Origin: Auanema rhodensis
Taxonomy: Eukaryota > Animalia > Nematoda
DNA: 64,000 nt
Direction: 5' to 3'
Assembly (NCBI GenBank): GCA_964057225.1
Contig: OZ059898.1
Span: 18,290,001 to 18,354,000 of the forward strand
A program made the position numbers and the translations under genes. Below, in pieces: positions 13,931 through 29,300 of the stretch. The notes under the pieces were generated by a model. That model had not been told where the DNA came from, made no database searches, and was given only the letters and a program-made list of their open reading frames with translations. How positions within the stretch are numbered: the first letter of the stretch is position 1; each line of letters opens with the position of its first letter.

Positions 13931-15099
13931 TTTCCTCGATTTTCACCCTGAAGAATTAATTTTTTCGTTGAATAACATTGTCCATCGTCTTTGCCTTGGA
14001 AAAAGGAATCTAAAAACATCTTCTTTTTGCTAAATTATTTTGAAATTTTTTGAAAAAATTTTTGTCAAAATGTTTTTGGAAGCAATGTTGAGTGTACATG
14101 GAAACTCAACATACACTAATGCATCATTTTTCAAACGATCATAACTAATTTTTGTATAAAGCGTTTCTCAATGTAGTATAGTGCATTCGATGCGGATTTT
14201 TAAGCTGCGTCGATCTGTGTTATCAGATTTGCGCTAGCTTAAAAATGCACCGAGATATCAACTGATATAAGTTCACACTTATATCCTCGATTTTCACCCT
14301 GAAGATTTAATTTTTTCGTTGAATAACATTGTCCATCGTCTTTGCCTTGAAAAAAGGAATCTAAAAACATCTACTTTTTGCTAAATTATTTTGAAATTTT
14401 TCGAAAAAATTTTTGTCAAAATGTTTTTGGAAGCAATGTTGAGTGTACATGGAAACTCAACATACACTAATGCATCATTTTTCAAACGATCATAACTAAT
14501 TTTTGTATTAAGCGTTTCTCAATGTAGTATAGTGCATTCGATGCGGATTTTTAAGCTGCGTCGATCTGTGTTATCAGATTTGCGCTAGCTTAAAAATGCA
14601 CCGAGATATCAACTGATATAAGTTCACACTTATTTCCTCGATTTTCACCCTGAAGAATTAATTTTTTCGTTGAATAACATTGTCCATCGTCTTTGCCTTG
14701 GAAAAAGGAATCTAAAAACATCTTCTTTTTGCTAAATTATTTTGAAATTTTTTGAAAAAATTTTTGTCAAAATGTTTTTGGAAGCAATGTTGAGTGTACA
14801 TGGAAACTCAACATACACTAATGCATCATTTTTCAAACGATCATAACTAATTTTTGTATAAAGCGTTTCTCAATGTAGTATAGTGCATTCGATGCGGATT
14901 TTTAAGCTGCGTCGATCTGTATTATCAGATTTGCGCATCTGTATTATCAGATTTGCGCTAGCTTAAAAATGCACCGAGATATCAACTGATATAAGTTCAC
15001 ACTTATATCCTCGATTTTCACCCTGAAGAATTAATTTTTTCGTTGAATAACATTGTCCATCGTCTTTACCTTGAAAAAAGGAATCTAAAAACATCTACT

Positions 15100-18000
15100 T
15101 TTTGCTAAATTATTTTGAAATTTTTCGAAAAAATTTTTGTCAAAATGTTTTTGGAAGCAATGTTGAGTGTACATGGAAACTCAACATACACTAATGCATC
15201 ATTTTTCAAACGATCATAACTAATTTTTGTATTACGCGTTTCTCAATGTAGTATATTGCATTCGATGCGGATTTTTAAGCTGCGTCGATCTGTGTTATCA
15301 AATTTGCGCTAGCTTAAAAATGCACCGAGATATCAACTGATATAAGTTCACACTTATATCCTCGATTTTCACCCTGAAGAATTAATTTTTTTCGTTGAAT
15401 AACATTGTCCATCGTCTTTGCCTTGAAAAACTAAATCTGAAAACATCTACTTTTTGCTAAATTATTTTCAAATTTTTCGAAAAAATTTTTGTCAAAATGT
15501 TTTTGGAAGCAATGTTGAGTGTACATGGAAACTCAACATACACTAATGCATCATTTTTCAAACGATCATAACTAATTTTTGTATAAAGCGTTTCTCAATG
15601 TAGTATAGTGCATTCGATGCGGATTTTTAAGCTGCGTCGATCTGTGTTATCAGATTTGCGCTAGCTTAAAAATGCACCGAGATATCAACTGATATAAGTT
15701 CACACTTATTTCCTCGATTTTCACCCTGAAGAATTAATTTTTTCGTTGAATAACATTGTCCATCGTCTTTGCCTTGAAAAAAGGAATCTAAAAACATCTT
15801 CTTTTTGCTAAATTATTTTGAAATTTTTTGAAAAAATTTTTGTCAAAATGTTTTTGGAAGCAATGTTGAGTGTACATGGAAACTCAACATACACTAATGC
15901 ATTATTTTTCAAACGATCATAACTAATTTTTGTATAAAGCGTTTCTCAATGTAGTATAGTGCATTCGATGCGGATTTTTAAGCTGCGTCGATCTGTATTA
16001 TCAGATTTGCGCTAGCTTAAAAATGCACCGAGATATCAACTGATATAAGTTCACACTTATATCCTCGATTTTCACCCTGAAGAATTAATTTTTTCGTTGA
16101 ATAACATTGTCCATCGTCTTTACCTTGAAAAAAGGAATCTAAAAACATCTACTTTTTGCTAAATTATTTTGAAATTTTTCGAAAAAATTTTTGTCAAAAT
16201 GTTTTTGGAAGCAATGTTGAGTGTACATTGAAACTCAACATACACTAATGCATTATTTTTCAAACGACCATAACTAATTTTTGTATAACGCGTTTCTCAA
16301 TGTAGTATATTGCATTCGATGCGGATTTTTAAGCTGCGTCGATCTGTGTTATCAGATTTGCGCTAGCTTAAAAATGCACCGAGATATCAACTAATATAAG
16401 TTCACACTTATATCCTCGATTTTCACCCTGAAGAATTAATTTTTTCGTTGAATAACATCGTCCATCGTCTTTGCCTTGAAAAAAGGAATCTAAAAACATC
16501 TACTTTTTGCTGAATTATTTTGAAATTTTTCGAAAAAATTTTTGTCAAAATGTTTTTGGAAGCAATGTTGAGTGTACATGGAAACTCAACATACACTAAT
16601 GCATTATTTTTCAAACGATCATAACTAATTTTTGTATTAAGCGTTTCTCAATGTAGTATAGTGCATTCGATGCGGATTTTTAAGCTGCGTCGATCTGTGT
16701 TATCAGATTTGCGCTAGCTTAAAAATGCACCGAGATATCAACTGATATAAGTTCACACTTATATCCTCGATTTTCACCCTGAAGAATTAATTTTTTCGTT
16801 GAATAACATCGTCCATCGTCTTTGCCTTGAAAAAAGGAATCTAAAAACATCTACTTTTTGCTGAATTATTTTGAAATTTTTCGAAAAAATTTTTGTCAAA
16901 ATGTTTTTGGAAGCAATGTTGAGTGTACATGGAAACTCAACATACACTAATGCATCATTTTTCAAACGATCATAACTAATTTTTGTATTACGCGTTTCTC
17001 AATGTAGTATATTGCATTCGATGCGGATTTTTAAGCTGCGTCGATCTGTGTTATCAAATTTGCGCTAGCTTAAAAATGCACCGAGATATCAACTGATATA
17101 AGTTCACACTTATATCCTCGATTTTCACCCTGAAGAATTAATTTTTTTCGTTGAATAACATTGTCCATCGTCTTTGCCTTGAAAAACTAAATCTGAAAAC
17201 ATCTACTTTTTGCTAAATTATTTTCAAATTTTTCGAAAAAATTTTTGTCAAAATGTTTTTGGAAGCAATGTTGAGTGTACATGGAAACTCAACATACACT
17301 AATGCATCATTTTTCAAACGATCATAACTAATTTTTGTATAAAGCGTTTCTCAATGTAGTATAGTGCATTCGATGCGGATTTTTAAGCTGCGTCGATCTG
17401 TGTTATCAGATTTGCGCTAGCTTAAAAATGCACCGAGATATCAACTGATATAAGTTCACACTTATTTCCTCGATTTTCACCCTGAAGAATTAATTTTTTC
17501 GTTGAATAACATTGTCCATCGTCTTTGCCTTGAAAAAAGGAATCTAAAAACATCTTCTTTTTGCTAAATTATTTTGAAATTTTTTGAAAAAATTTTTGTC
17601 AAAATGTTTTTGGAAGCAATGTTGAGTGTACATGGAAACTCAACATACACTAATGCATTATTTTTCAAACGATCATAACTAATTTTTGTATAAAGCGTTT
17701 CTCAATGTAGTATAGTGCATTCGATGCGGATTTTTAAGCTGCGTCGATCTGTATTATCAGATTTGCGCTAGCTTAAAAATGCACCGAGATATCAACTGAT
17801 ATAAGTTCACACTTATATCCTCGATTTTCACCCTGAAGAATTAATTTTTTCGTTGAATAACATTGTCCATCGTCTTTACCTTGAAAAAAGGAATCTAAAA
17901 ACATCTACTTTTTGCTAAATTATTTTGAAATTTTTCGAAAAAATTTTTGTCAAAATGTTTTTGGAAGCAATGTTGAGTGTACATTGAAACTCAACATACA

Positions 18001-19060
18001 CTAATGCATTATTTTTCAAACGACCATAACTAATTTTTGTATAACGCGTTTCTCAATGTAGTATATTGCATTCGATGCGGATTTTTAAGCTGCGTCGATC
18101 TGTGTTATCAGATTTGCGCTAGCTTAAAAATGCACCGAGATATCAACTAATATAAGTTCACACTTATATCCTCGATTTTCACCCTGAAGAATTAATTTTT
18201 TCGTTGAATAACATCGTCCATCGTCTTTGCCTTGAAAAAAGGAATCTAAAAACATCTACTTTTTGCTGAATTATTTTGAAATTTTTCGAAAAAATTTTTG
18301 TCAAAATGTTTTTGGAAGCAATGTTGAGTGTACATGGAAACTCAACATACACTAATGCATTATTTTTCAAACGATCATAACTAATTTTTGTATTAAGCGT
18401 TTCTCAATGTAGTATAGTGCATTCGATGCGGATTTTTAAGCTGCGTCGATCTGTGTTATCAGATTTGCGCTAGCTTAAAAATGCACCGAGATATCAACTG
18501 ATATAAGTTCACACTTATATCCTCGATTTTCACCCTGAAGAATTAATTTTTTCGTTGAATAACATCGTCCATCGTCTTTGCCTTGAAAAAAGGAATCTAA
18601 AAACATCTACTTTTTGCTGAATTATTTTGAAATTTTTCGAAAAAATTTTTGTCAAAATGTTTTTGGAAGCAATGTTGAGTGTACATGGAAACTCAACATA
18701 CACTAATGCATCATTTTTCAAACGATCATAACTAATTTTTGTATTACGCGTTTCTCAATGTAGTATATTGCATTCGATGCGGATTTTTAAGCTGCGTCGA
18801 TCTGTGTTATCAAATTTGCGCTAGCTTAAAAATGCACCGAGATATCAACTGATATAAGTTCACACTTATATCCTCGATTTTCACCCTGAAGAATTAATTT
18901 TTTTCGTTGAATAACATTGTCCATCGTCTTTGCCTTGAAAAACTAAATCTGAAAACATCTACTTTTTGCTAAATTATTTTCAAATTTTTCGAAAAAATTT
19001 TTGTCAAAATGTTTTTGGAAGCAATGTTGAGTGTACATGGAAACTCAACATACACTAATG
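15100..19060 (+). repeat. 5-mer higher-order repeat, 1756 bp, ~2.2 copies
   Basis: The ORF pairs 16423/16774 and 18179/18530 and the alleles GTACATTG and GACCATA recur at 1756 bp. Confidence 0.85.
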
Positions 19061-22000
19061 CATCATTTTCTAAACGATCATAACAAATTTTTGTATTAAG
19101 CGTTTCTCAATGTAGTATAGTGCATTCGATGCGGATTTTTAAGCTGCGTCGATCTGTGTTATCAGATTTGCGCTAGCTTAAAAATGCACCGAGATATCAA
19201 CTGATATAAGTTCACACTTATATCCTCGATTTTCACCCTGAAGAATTAATTTTTTCGTTGAATAACATTGTCCATCGTCTTTACCTTGAAAAAAGGAATC
19301 TAAAAACATCTACTTTTTGCTAAATTATTTTGAAATTTTTCGAAAAAATTTTTGTCAAAATGTTTTTGGAAGCAATGTTGAGTGTACATGGAAACTCAAC
19401 ATACACTAATGCATCATTTTTCAAACGATCATAACTAATTTTTGTATTACGCGTTTCTCAATGTAGTATATTGCATTCGATGCGGATTTTTAAGCTGCGT
19501 CGATCTGTGTTATCAAATTTGCGCTAGCTTAAAAATGCACCGAGATATCAACTGATATAAGTTCACACTTATATCCTCGATTTTCACCCTGAAGAATTAA
19601 TTTTTTTCGTTGAATAACATTGTCCATCGTCTTTGCCTTGAAAAACTAAATCTGAAAACATCTACTTTTTGCTAAATTATTTTCAAATTTTTCGAAAAAA
19701 TTTTTGTCAAAATGTTTTTGGAAGCAATGTTGAGTGTACATGGAAACTCAACATACACTAATGCATCATTTTTCAAACGATCATAACTAATTTTTGTATA
19801 AAGCGTTTCTCAATGTAGTATAGTGCATTCGATGCGGATTTTTAAGCTGCGTCGATCTGTGTTATCAGATTTGCGCTAGCTTAAAAATGCACCGAGATAT
19901 CAACTGATATAAGTTCACACTTATTTCCTCGATTTTCACCCTGAAGAATTAATTTTTTCGTTGAATAACATTGTCCATCGTCTTTGCCTTGAAAAAAGGA
20001 ATCTAAAAACATCTTCTTTTTGCTAAATTATTTTGAAATTTTTTGAAAAAATTTTTGTCAAAATGTTTTTGGAAGCAATGTTGAGTGTACATGGAAACTC
20101 AACATACACTAATGCATTATTTTTCAAACGATCATAACTAATTTTTGTATAAAGCGTTTCTCAATGTAGTATAGTGCATTCGATGCGGATTTTTAAGCTG
20201 CGTCGATCTGTATTATCAGATTTGCGCTAGCTTAAAAATGCACCGAGATATCAACTGATATAAGTTCACACTTATATCCTCGATTTTCACCCTGAAGAAT
20301 TAATTTTTTCGTTGAATAACATTGTCCATCGTCTTTACCTTGAAAAAAGGAATCTAAAAACATCTACTTTTTGCTAAATTATTTTGAAATTTTTCGAAAA
20401 AATTTTTGTCAAAATGTTTTTGGAAGCAATGTTGAGTGTACATGGAAACTCAACATACACTAATGCATTATTTTTCAAACGATCATAACTAATTTTTGTA
20501 TTACGCGTTTCTCAATGTAGTATATTGCATTCGATGCGGATTTTTAAGCTGCGTCGATCTGTGTTATCAGATTTGCGCTAGCTTAAAAATGCACCGAGAT
20601 ATCAACTGATATAAGTTCACACTTATATCCTCGATTTTCACCCTGAAGAATTAATTTTTTTCGTTGAATAACATTGTCCATCGTCTTTGCCTTGAAAAAA
20701 GGAATCTAAAAACATCTACTTTTTGCTAAATTATTCTGAAATTTTTCGAAAAAATTTTTGTCAAAATGTTTTTGGAAGCAATGTTGAGTGTACATGGAAA
20801 CTCAACATACACTAATGCATCATTTTTCAAACGATCATAACTAATTTTTGTATTAAGCGTTTCTCAATGTAGTATAGTGCATTCGATGCGGATTTTTAAG
20901 CTGCGTCGATCTGTGTTATCAAATTTGCGCTAGCTTAAAAATGCACCGAGATATCAACTAATATAAGTTCACACTTATATCCTCGATTTTCACCCTGAAG
21001 AATTAATTTTTTCGTTGAATAACATCGTCCATCGTCTTTGCCTTGAAAAAAGGAATCTAAAAACATCTACTTTTTGCTGAATTATTTTGAAATTTTTCGA
21101 AAAAATTTTTGTCAAAATGTTTTTGGAAGCAATGTTGAGTGTACATGGAAACTCAACATACACTAATGCATTATTTTTCAAACGATCATAACTAATTTTT
21201 GTATTAAGCGTTTCTCAATGTAGTATAGTGCATTCGATGCGGATTTTTAAGCTGCGTCGATCTGTGTTATCAGATTTGCGCTAGCTTAAAAATGCACCGA
21301 GATATCAACTGATATAAGTTCACACTTATATCCTCGATTTTCACCCTGAAGAATTAATTTTTTTCGTTGAATAACATTGTCCATCGTCTTTGCCTTGAAA
21401 AAAGGAATCTAAAAACATCTACTTTTTGCTAAATTATTCTGAAATTTTTCGAAAAAATTTTTGTCAAAATGTTTTTGGAAGCAATGTTGAGTGTACATGG
21501 AAACTCAACATACACTAATGCATCATTTTTCAAACGATCATAACTAATTTTTGTATTAAGCGTTTCTCAATGTAGTATAGTGCATTCGATGCGGATTTTT
21601 AAGCTGCGTCGATCTGTGTTATCAAATTTGCGCTAGCTTAAAAATGCACCGAGATATCAACTAATATAAGTTCACACTTATATCCTCGATTTTCACCCTG
21701 AAGAATTAATTTTTTCGTTGAATAACATCGTCCATCGTCTTTGCCTTGAAAAAAGGAATCTAAAAACATCTACTTTTTGCTGAATTATTTTGAAATTTTT
21801 CGAAAAAATTTTTGTCAAAATGTTTTTGGAAGCAATGTTGAGTGTACATGGAAACTCAACATACACTAATGCATTATTTTTCAAACGATCATAACTAATT
21901 TTTGTATTAAGCGTTTCTCAATGTAGTATAGTGCATTCGATGCGGATTTTTAAGCTGCGTCGATCTGTGTTATCAGATTTGCGCTAGCTTAAAAATGCAC

Positions 22001-23399
22001 CGAGATATCAACTGATATAAGTTCACACTTATTTCCTCGATTTTCACCCTGAAGAATTAATTTTTTCGTTGAATAACATTGTCCATCGTCTTTGCCTTGA
22101 AAAAAGGAATCTAAAAACATCTTCTTTTTGCTAAATTATTTTGAAATTTTTCGAAAAAATTTTTGTCAAAATGTTTTTGGAAGCAATGTTGAGTGTACAT
22201 GGAAACTCAACATACACTAATGCATCATTTTTCAAACGATCATAACTAATTTTTGTATTAAGCGTTTCTCAATGTAGTATAGTGCATTCGATGCGGATTT
22301 TTAAGCTGCGTCGATCTGTGTTATCAAATTTGCGCTAGCTTAAAAATGCACCGAGATATCAACTAATATAAGTTCACACTTATATCCTCGATTTTCACCC
22401 TGAAGAATTAATTTTTTCGTTGAATAACATCGTCCATCGTCTTTGCCTTGAAAAAAGGAATCTAAAAACATCTACTTTTTGCTGAATTATTTTGAAATTT
22501 TTCGAAAAAATTTTTGTCAAAATGTTTTTGGAAGCAATGTTGAGTGTACATGGAAACTCAACATACACTAATGCATTATTTTTCAAACGATCATAACTAA
22601 TTTTTGTATTAAGCGTTTCTCAATGTAGTATAGTGCATTCGATGCGGATTTTTAAGCTGCGTCGATCTGTGTTATCAGATTTGCGCTAGCTTAAATATGC
22701 ACCGAGATATCAACTGATATAAGTTCACACTTATATCCTGGATTTTCACCCTGAAGAATTAATTTTTTCGTTGAATAACAATGTCCATCGTCTTTGCCTT
22801 GAAAAACTAAATCTGAAAACATCTACTTTTTGCTAAATTATTTTGAAATTTTTCGAAAAAATTTTTGTCAAAATGTTTTTGGAAGCAATGTTGAGTGTAC
22901 ATGGAAACTCAACATACACTAATGCATCATTTTTCAAACGATCATAACTAATTTTTGTATTAAGCGTTTCTCAATGTAGTATAGTGCATTCGATGCGGAT
23001 TTTTAAGCTGCGTCGATCTGTGTTATCAGATTTGCGCTAGCTTAAAAATGCACCGAGATATCAACTGATATAAGTTCACACTTATATCCTCGATTTTCAC
23101 CCTGAAGATTTAATTTTTTCGTTGAATAACATTGTCCATCGTCTTTGCCTTGAAAAAAGGAATCTAAAAACATCTACTTTTTGCTAAATTATTTTGAAAT
23201 TTTTCGAAAAAATTTTTGTCAAAATGTTTTTGGAAGCAATGTTGAGTGTACATGGAAACTCAACATACACTAATGCATCATTTTTCAAACGATCATAACT
23301 AATTTTTGTATTAAGCGTTTCTCAATGTAGTATAGTGCATTCGATGCGGATTTTTAAGCTGCGTCGATCTGTGTTATCAGATTTGCGCTAGCTTAAAAA

Positions 23400-26300
23400 T
23401 GCACCGAGATATCAACTGATATAAGTTCACACTTATATCCTCGATTTTCACCCTGAAGATTTAATTTTTTCGTTGAATAACATTGTCCATCGTCTTTGCC
23501 TTGAAAAAAGGAATCTAAAAACATCTACTTTTTGCTAAATTATTTTGAAATTTTTCGAAAAAATTTTTGTCAAAATGTTTTTGGAAGCAATGTTGAGTGT
23601 ACATGGAAACTCAACATACACTAATGCATCATTTTTCAAACGATCATAACTAATTTTTGTATTAAGCGTTTCTCAATGTAGTATAGTGCATTCGATGCGG
23701 ATTTTTAAGCTGCGTCGATCTGTGTTATCAGATTTGCGCTAGCTTAAAAATGCACCGAGATATCAACTGATATAAGTTCACACTTATATCCTCGATTTTC
23801 ACCCTGAAGAAATAATTTTTTCGTTGAATAACATTGTCCATCGTCTTTGCCTTGAAAAAAGGAATCTAAAAACATCTACTTTTTGCTAAATTATTTTGAA
23901 ATTTTTCGAAAAAATTTTTGTCAAAATGTTTTTGGAAGCAATGTTGAGTGTACATGGAAACTCAACATACACTAATGCATCATTTTTCAAACGATCATAA
24001 CTAATTTTTGTATTAAGCGTTTCTCAATGTAGTATAGTGCATTCGATGCGGATTTTTAAGCTGCGTCGATCTGTGTTATCAGATTTGCGCTAGCTTAAAA
24101 ATGCACCGAGATATCAACTGATATAAGTTCACACTTATATCCTCGATTTTCACCCTGAAGAATTAATTTTTTCGTTGAATAACAATGTCCATCGTCTTTG
24201 CCTTGAAAAAAGGAATCTAAAAACATCTACTTTTTGCTAAATTATTTTGAAATTTTTCGAAAAAATTTTTGTCAAAATGTTTTTGGAAGCAATGTTGAGT
24301 GTACATGGAAACTCAACATACACTAATGCACCATTTTTCAAACGATCATAACTAATTTTTGTATTAAGCGTTTCTCAATGTAGTATAGTGCATTCGATGC
24401 GCATTTTTAAGCTGCGTCGATCTGTGTTATCAGATTTGCGCTAGCTTAAAAATGCACCGAGATATCAACTGATATAAGTTCACACTTATATCCTCGATTT
24501 TCACCGTGAAGATTTAATTTTTTCGTTGAATAACATTGTCCATCGTCTTTGCCTTGAAAAAAGGAATCTAAAAACATCTACTTTTTGCTAAATTATTTTG
24601 AAATTTTTCGAAAAAATTTTTGTCAAAATGTTTTTGGAAGCAATGTTGAGTGTACATGGAAACTCAACATACACTAATGCATCATTTTTCAAACGATCAT
24701 AACTAATTTTTGTATTAAGCGTTTCTCAATGTAGTATAGTGCATTCGATGCGGATTTTTAAGCTGCGTCGATCTGTGTTATCAGATTTGCGCTAGCTTAA
24801 AAATGCACCGAGATATCAACTGATATAAGTTCACACTTATATCCTCGATTTTCACCCTGAAGAATTAATTTTTTCGTTGAATAACAATGTCCATCGTCTT
24901 TGCCTTGAAAAAAGGAATCTAAAAACATCTACTTTTTGCTAAATTATTTTGAAATTTTTCGAAAAAATTTTTGTCAAAATGTTTTTGGAAGAAATGTTGA
25001 GTGTACATGGAAACTCAACATACACTAATGCACCATTTTTCAAACGATCATAACTAATTTTTGTATTAAGCGTTTCTCAATGTAGTATAGTGCATTCGAT
25101 GCGGATTTTTAAGCTGCGTCGATCTGTGTTATCAGATTTGCGTTAGCTTAAAAATGCACCGAGATATCAACTGATATAAGTTCACACTTATATCCTCGAT
25201 TTTCACCCTGAAGATTTAATTTTTTCGTTGAATAACATTGTCCATCGTCTTTGCCTTGAAAAAAGGAATCTAAAAACATCTACTTTTTGCTAAATTATTT
25301 TGAAATTTTTCGAAAAAATTTTTGTCAAAATGTTTTTGGAAGCAATGTTGAGTGTACATGGAAACTCAACATACACTAATGCATCATTTTTCAAACGATC
25401 ATAACTAATTTTTGTATTAAGCGTTTCTCAATGTAGTATAGTGCATTCGATGCGGATTTTTAAGCTGCGTCGATCTGTGTTATCAGATTTGCGCTAGCTT
25501 AAAAATGCACCGAGATATCAACTGATATAAGTTCACACTTATATCCTCGATTTTCACCCTGAAGAAATAATTTTTTCGTTGAATAACATTGTCCATCGTC
25601 TTTGCCTTGAAAAAAGGAATCTAAAAACATCTACTTTTTGCTAAATTATTTTGAAATTTTTCGAAAAAATTTTTGTCAAAATGTTTTTGGAAGCAATGTT
25701 GAGTGTACATGGAAACTCAACATACACTAATGCATCATTTTTCAAACGATCATAACTAATTTTTGTATTAAGCGTTTCTCAATGTAGTATAGTGCATTCG
25801 ATGCGGATTTTTAAGCTGCGTCGATCTGTGTTATCAGATTTGCGCTAGCTTAAAAATGCACCGAGATATCAACTGATATAAGTTCACACTTATATCCTCG
25901 ATTTTCACCCTGAAGAATTAATTTTTTCGTTGAATAACAATGTCCATCGTCTTTGCCTTGAAAAAAGGAATCTAAAAACATCTACTTTTTGCTAAATTAT
26001 TTTGAAATTTTTCGAAAAAATTTTTGTCAAAATGTTTTTGGAAGCAATGTTGAGTGTACATGGAAACTCAACATACACTAATGCACCATTTTTCAAACGA
26101 TCATAACTAATTTTTGTATTAAGCGTTTCTCAATGTAGTATAGTGCATTCGATGCGCATTTTTAAGCTGCGTCGATCTGTGTTATCAGATTTGCGCTAGC
26201 TTAAAAATGCACCGAGATATCAACTGATATAAGTTCACACTTATATCCTCGATTTTCACCGTGAAGATTTAATTTTTTCGTTGAATAACATTGTCCATTG
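23400..26300 (+). repeat. Imperfect 5-mer duplication, 1755 bp
   Basis: GCGCATTT (24402/26157), CACCGTGAAG (24506/26261) and GAAGAAATAA (~23811/25566). Confidence 0.75.
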
Positions 26301-27299
26301 TCTTTGCCTTAAAAAAAGGAATCTAAAAACATCTACTTTTTGCTAAATTATTTTGAAATTTTTCGAAAAAATTTTTGTCAAAATGTTTTTGGAAGCAATG
26401 TTGAGTGTACATGGAAACTCAACATACACTAATGCATCATTTTTCAAACGATCATAACTAATTTTTGTATTAAGCGTTTCTCAATGTAGTATAGTGCATT
26501 CGATGCGGATTTTTAAGCTGCGTCGATCTGTGTTATCAGATTTGCGCTAGCTTAAAAATGCACCGAGATATCAACTGATATAAGTTCACACTTATATCCT
26601 CGATTTTCACCCTGAAGATTTAATTTTTTCGTTGAATAACATTGTCCATCGTCTTTGCCTTGAAAAAAGGAATCTAAAAACATCTACTTTTTGCTAAATT
26701 ATTTTGAAATTTTTCGAAAAAATTTTTGTCAAAATGTTTTTGGAAGCAATGTTGAGTGTACATGGAAACTCAACATACACTAATGCATCATTTTTCAAAC
26801 GATCATAACTAATTTTTGTATTAAGCGTTTCTCAATGTAGTATAGTGCATTCGATGCGGATTTTTAAGCTGCGTCGATCTGTGTTATCAGATTTGCGCTA
26901 GCTTAAAAATGCACCGAGATATCAACTGATATAAGTTCACACTTATATCCTCGATTTTCACCCTGAAGAAATAATTTTTTCGTTGAATAACATTGTCCAT
27001 CGTCTTTGCCTTGAAAAAAGGAATCTAAAAACATCTACTTTTTGCTAAATTATTTTGAAATTTTTCGAAAAAATTTTTGTCAAAATGTTTTTGGAAGCAA
27101 TGTTGAGTGTACATGGAAACTCAACATACACTAATGCACCATTTTTCAAACGATCATAACTAATTTTTGTATTAAGCGTTTCTCAATGTAGTATAGTGCA
27201 TTCGATGCGGATTTTTAAGCTGCGTCGATCTGTGTTATCAGATTTGCGCTAGCTTAAAAATGCACCGAGATATCAACTGATATAAGTTCACACTTATAT

Positions 27300-29300
27300 C
27301 CTCGATTTTCACCCTGAAGAATTAATTTTTTCGTTGAATAACATTGTCCATCGTCTTTGCCTTGAAAAAAGGAATCTAAAAACATCTACTTTTTGCTAAA
27401 TTATTTTGAAATTTTTCGAAAAAATTTTTGTCAAAATGTTTTTGGAAGCAATGTTGAGTGTACATGGAAACTCAACATACACTAATGCACCATTTTTCAA
27501 ACGATCATAACTAATTTTTGTATTAAGCGTTTCTCAATGTAGTATTGTGCATTCGATGCGGATTTTTAAGCTGCGTCGATCTGTGTTATCAGATTTGCGT
27601 TAGCTTAAAAATGCACCGAGATATCAACTGATATAAGTTCACACTTATATCCTCGATTTTCACCCTGAAGATTTAATTTTTTCGTTGAATAACATTGTCC
27701 ATCGTCTTTGCCTTGAAAAAAGGAATCTAAAAACATCTACTTTTTGCTAAATTATTCTGAAATTTTTCGAAAAAATTTTTGTCAAAATGTTTTTGGAAGC
27801 AATGTTGAGTGTACATGGAAACTCAACATACACTAATGCATCATTTTTCAAACGATCATAACTAATTTTTGTATTAAGCGTTTCTCAATGTAGTATAGTG
27901 CATTCGATGCGGATTTTTAAGCTGCGTCGATCTGTGTTATCAAATTTGCGCTAGCTTAAAAATGCACCGAGATATCAACTAATATAAGTTCACACTTATA
28001 TCCTGGATTTTCACCCTGAAGAATTAATTTTTTCGTTGAATAACAATGTCCATCGTCTTTGCCTTGAAAAACTAAATCTGAAAACATCTACTTTTTGCTA
28101 AATTATTTTGAAATTTTTCGAAAAAATTTTTGTCAAAATGTTTTTGGAAGCAATGTTGAGTGTACATGGAAACTCAACATACACTAATGCACCATTTTTC
28201 AAACGATCATAACTAATTTTTGTATTAAGCGTTTCTCAATGTAGTATATTGCATTCGATGCGGATTTTTAAGCTGCGTCGATCTGTGTTATCAGATTTGC
28301 GCTAGCTTAAAAATGCACCGAGATATCAACTGATATAAGTTCACACTTATATCCTCGATTTTCACCCTGAAGAATTAATTTTTTCGTTGAATAACATTGT
28401 CCATCGTCTTTGCCTTAAAAAAAGGAATCTAAAAACATCTACTTTTTGCTAAATTATTTTGAAATTTTTCGAAAAAATTTTTGTCAAAATGTTTTTGGAA
28501 GCAATGTTGAGTGTACATGGAAACTCAACATACACTAATGCACCATTTTTCAAACGATCATAACTAATTTTTGTATTAAGCGTTTCTCAATGTAGTATTG
28601 TGCATTCGATGCGGATTTTTAAGCTGCGTCGATCTGTGTTATCAGATTTGCGTTAGCTTAAAAATGCACCGAGATATCAACTGATATAAGTTCACACTTA
28701 TATCCTCGATTTTCACCCTGAAGATTTAATTTTTTCGTTGAATAACATTGTCCATCGTCTTTGCCTTGAAAAAAGGAATCTAAAAACATCTACTTTTTGC
28801 TAAATTATTCTGAAATTTTTCGAAAAAATTTTTGTCAAAATGTTTTTGGAAGCAATGTTGAGTGTACATGGAAACTCAACATACACTAATGCATCATTTT
28901 TCAAACGATCATAACTAATTTTTGTATTAAGCGTTTCTCAATGTAGTATAGTGCATTCGATGCGGATTTTTAAGCTGCGTCGATCTGTGTTATCAAATTT
29001 GCGCTAGCTTAAAAATGCACCGAGATATCAACTAATATAAGTTCACACTTATATCCTGGATTTTCACCCTGAAGAATTAATTTTTTCGTTGAATAACAAT
29101 GTCCATCGTCTTTGCCTTGAAAAACTAAATCTGAAAACATCTACTTTTTGCTAAATTATTTTGAAATTTTTCGAAAAAATTTTTGTCAAAATGTTTTTGG
29201 AAGCAATGTTGAGTGTACATGGAAACTCAACATACACTAATGCACCATTTTTCAAACGATCATAACTAATTTTTGTATTAAGCGTTTCTCAATGTAGTAT
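27300..29300 (+). repeat. Trimeric higher-order repeat, 1053 bp, 2 copies
   Basis: GTATTGTG (~27546/28599), GCGTTAG and CCTGGA (~28005/29058) recur at 1053 bp. Confidence 0.8.
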
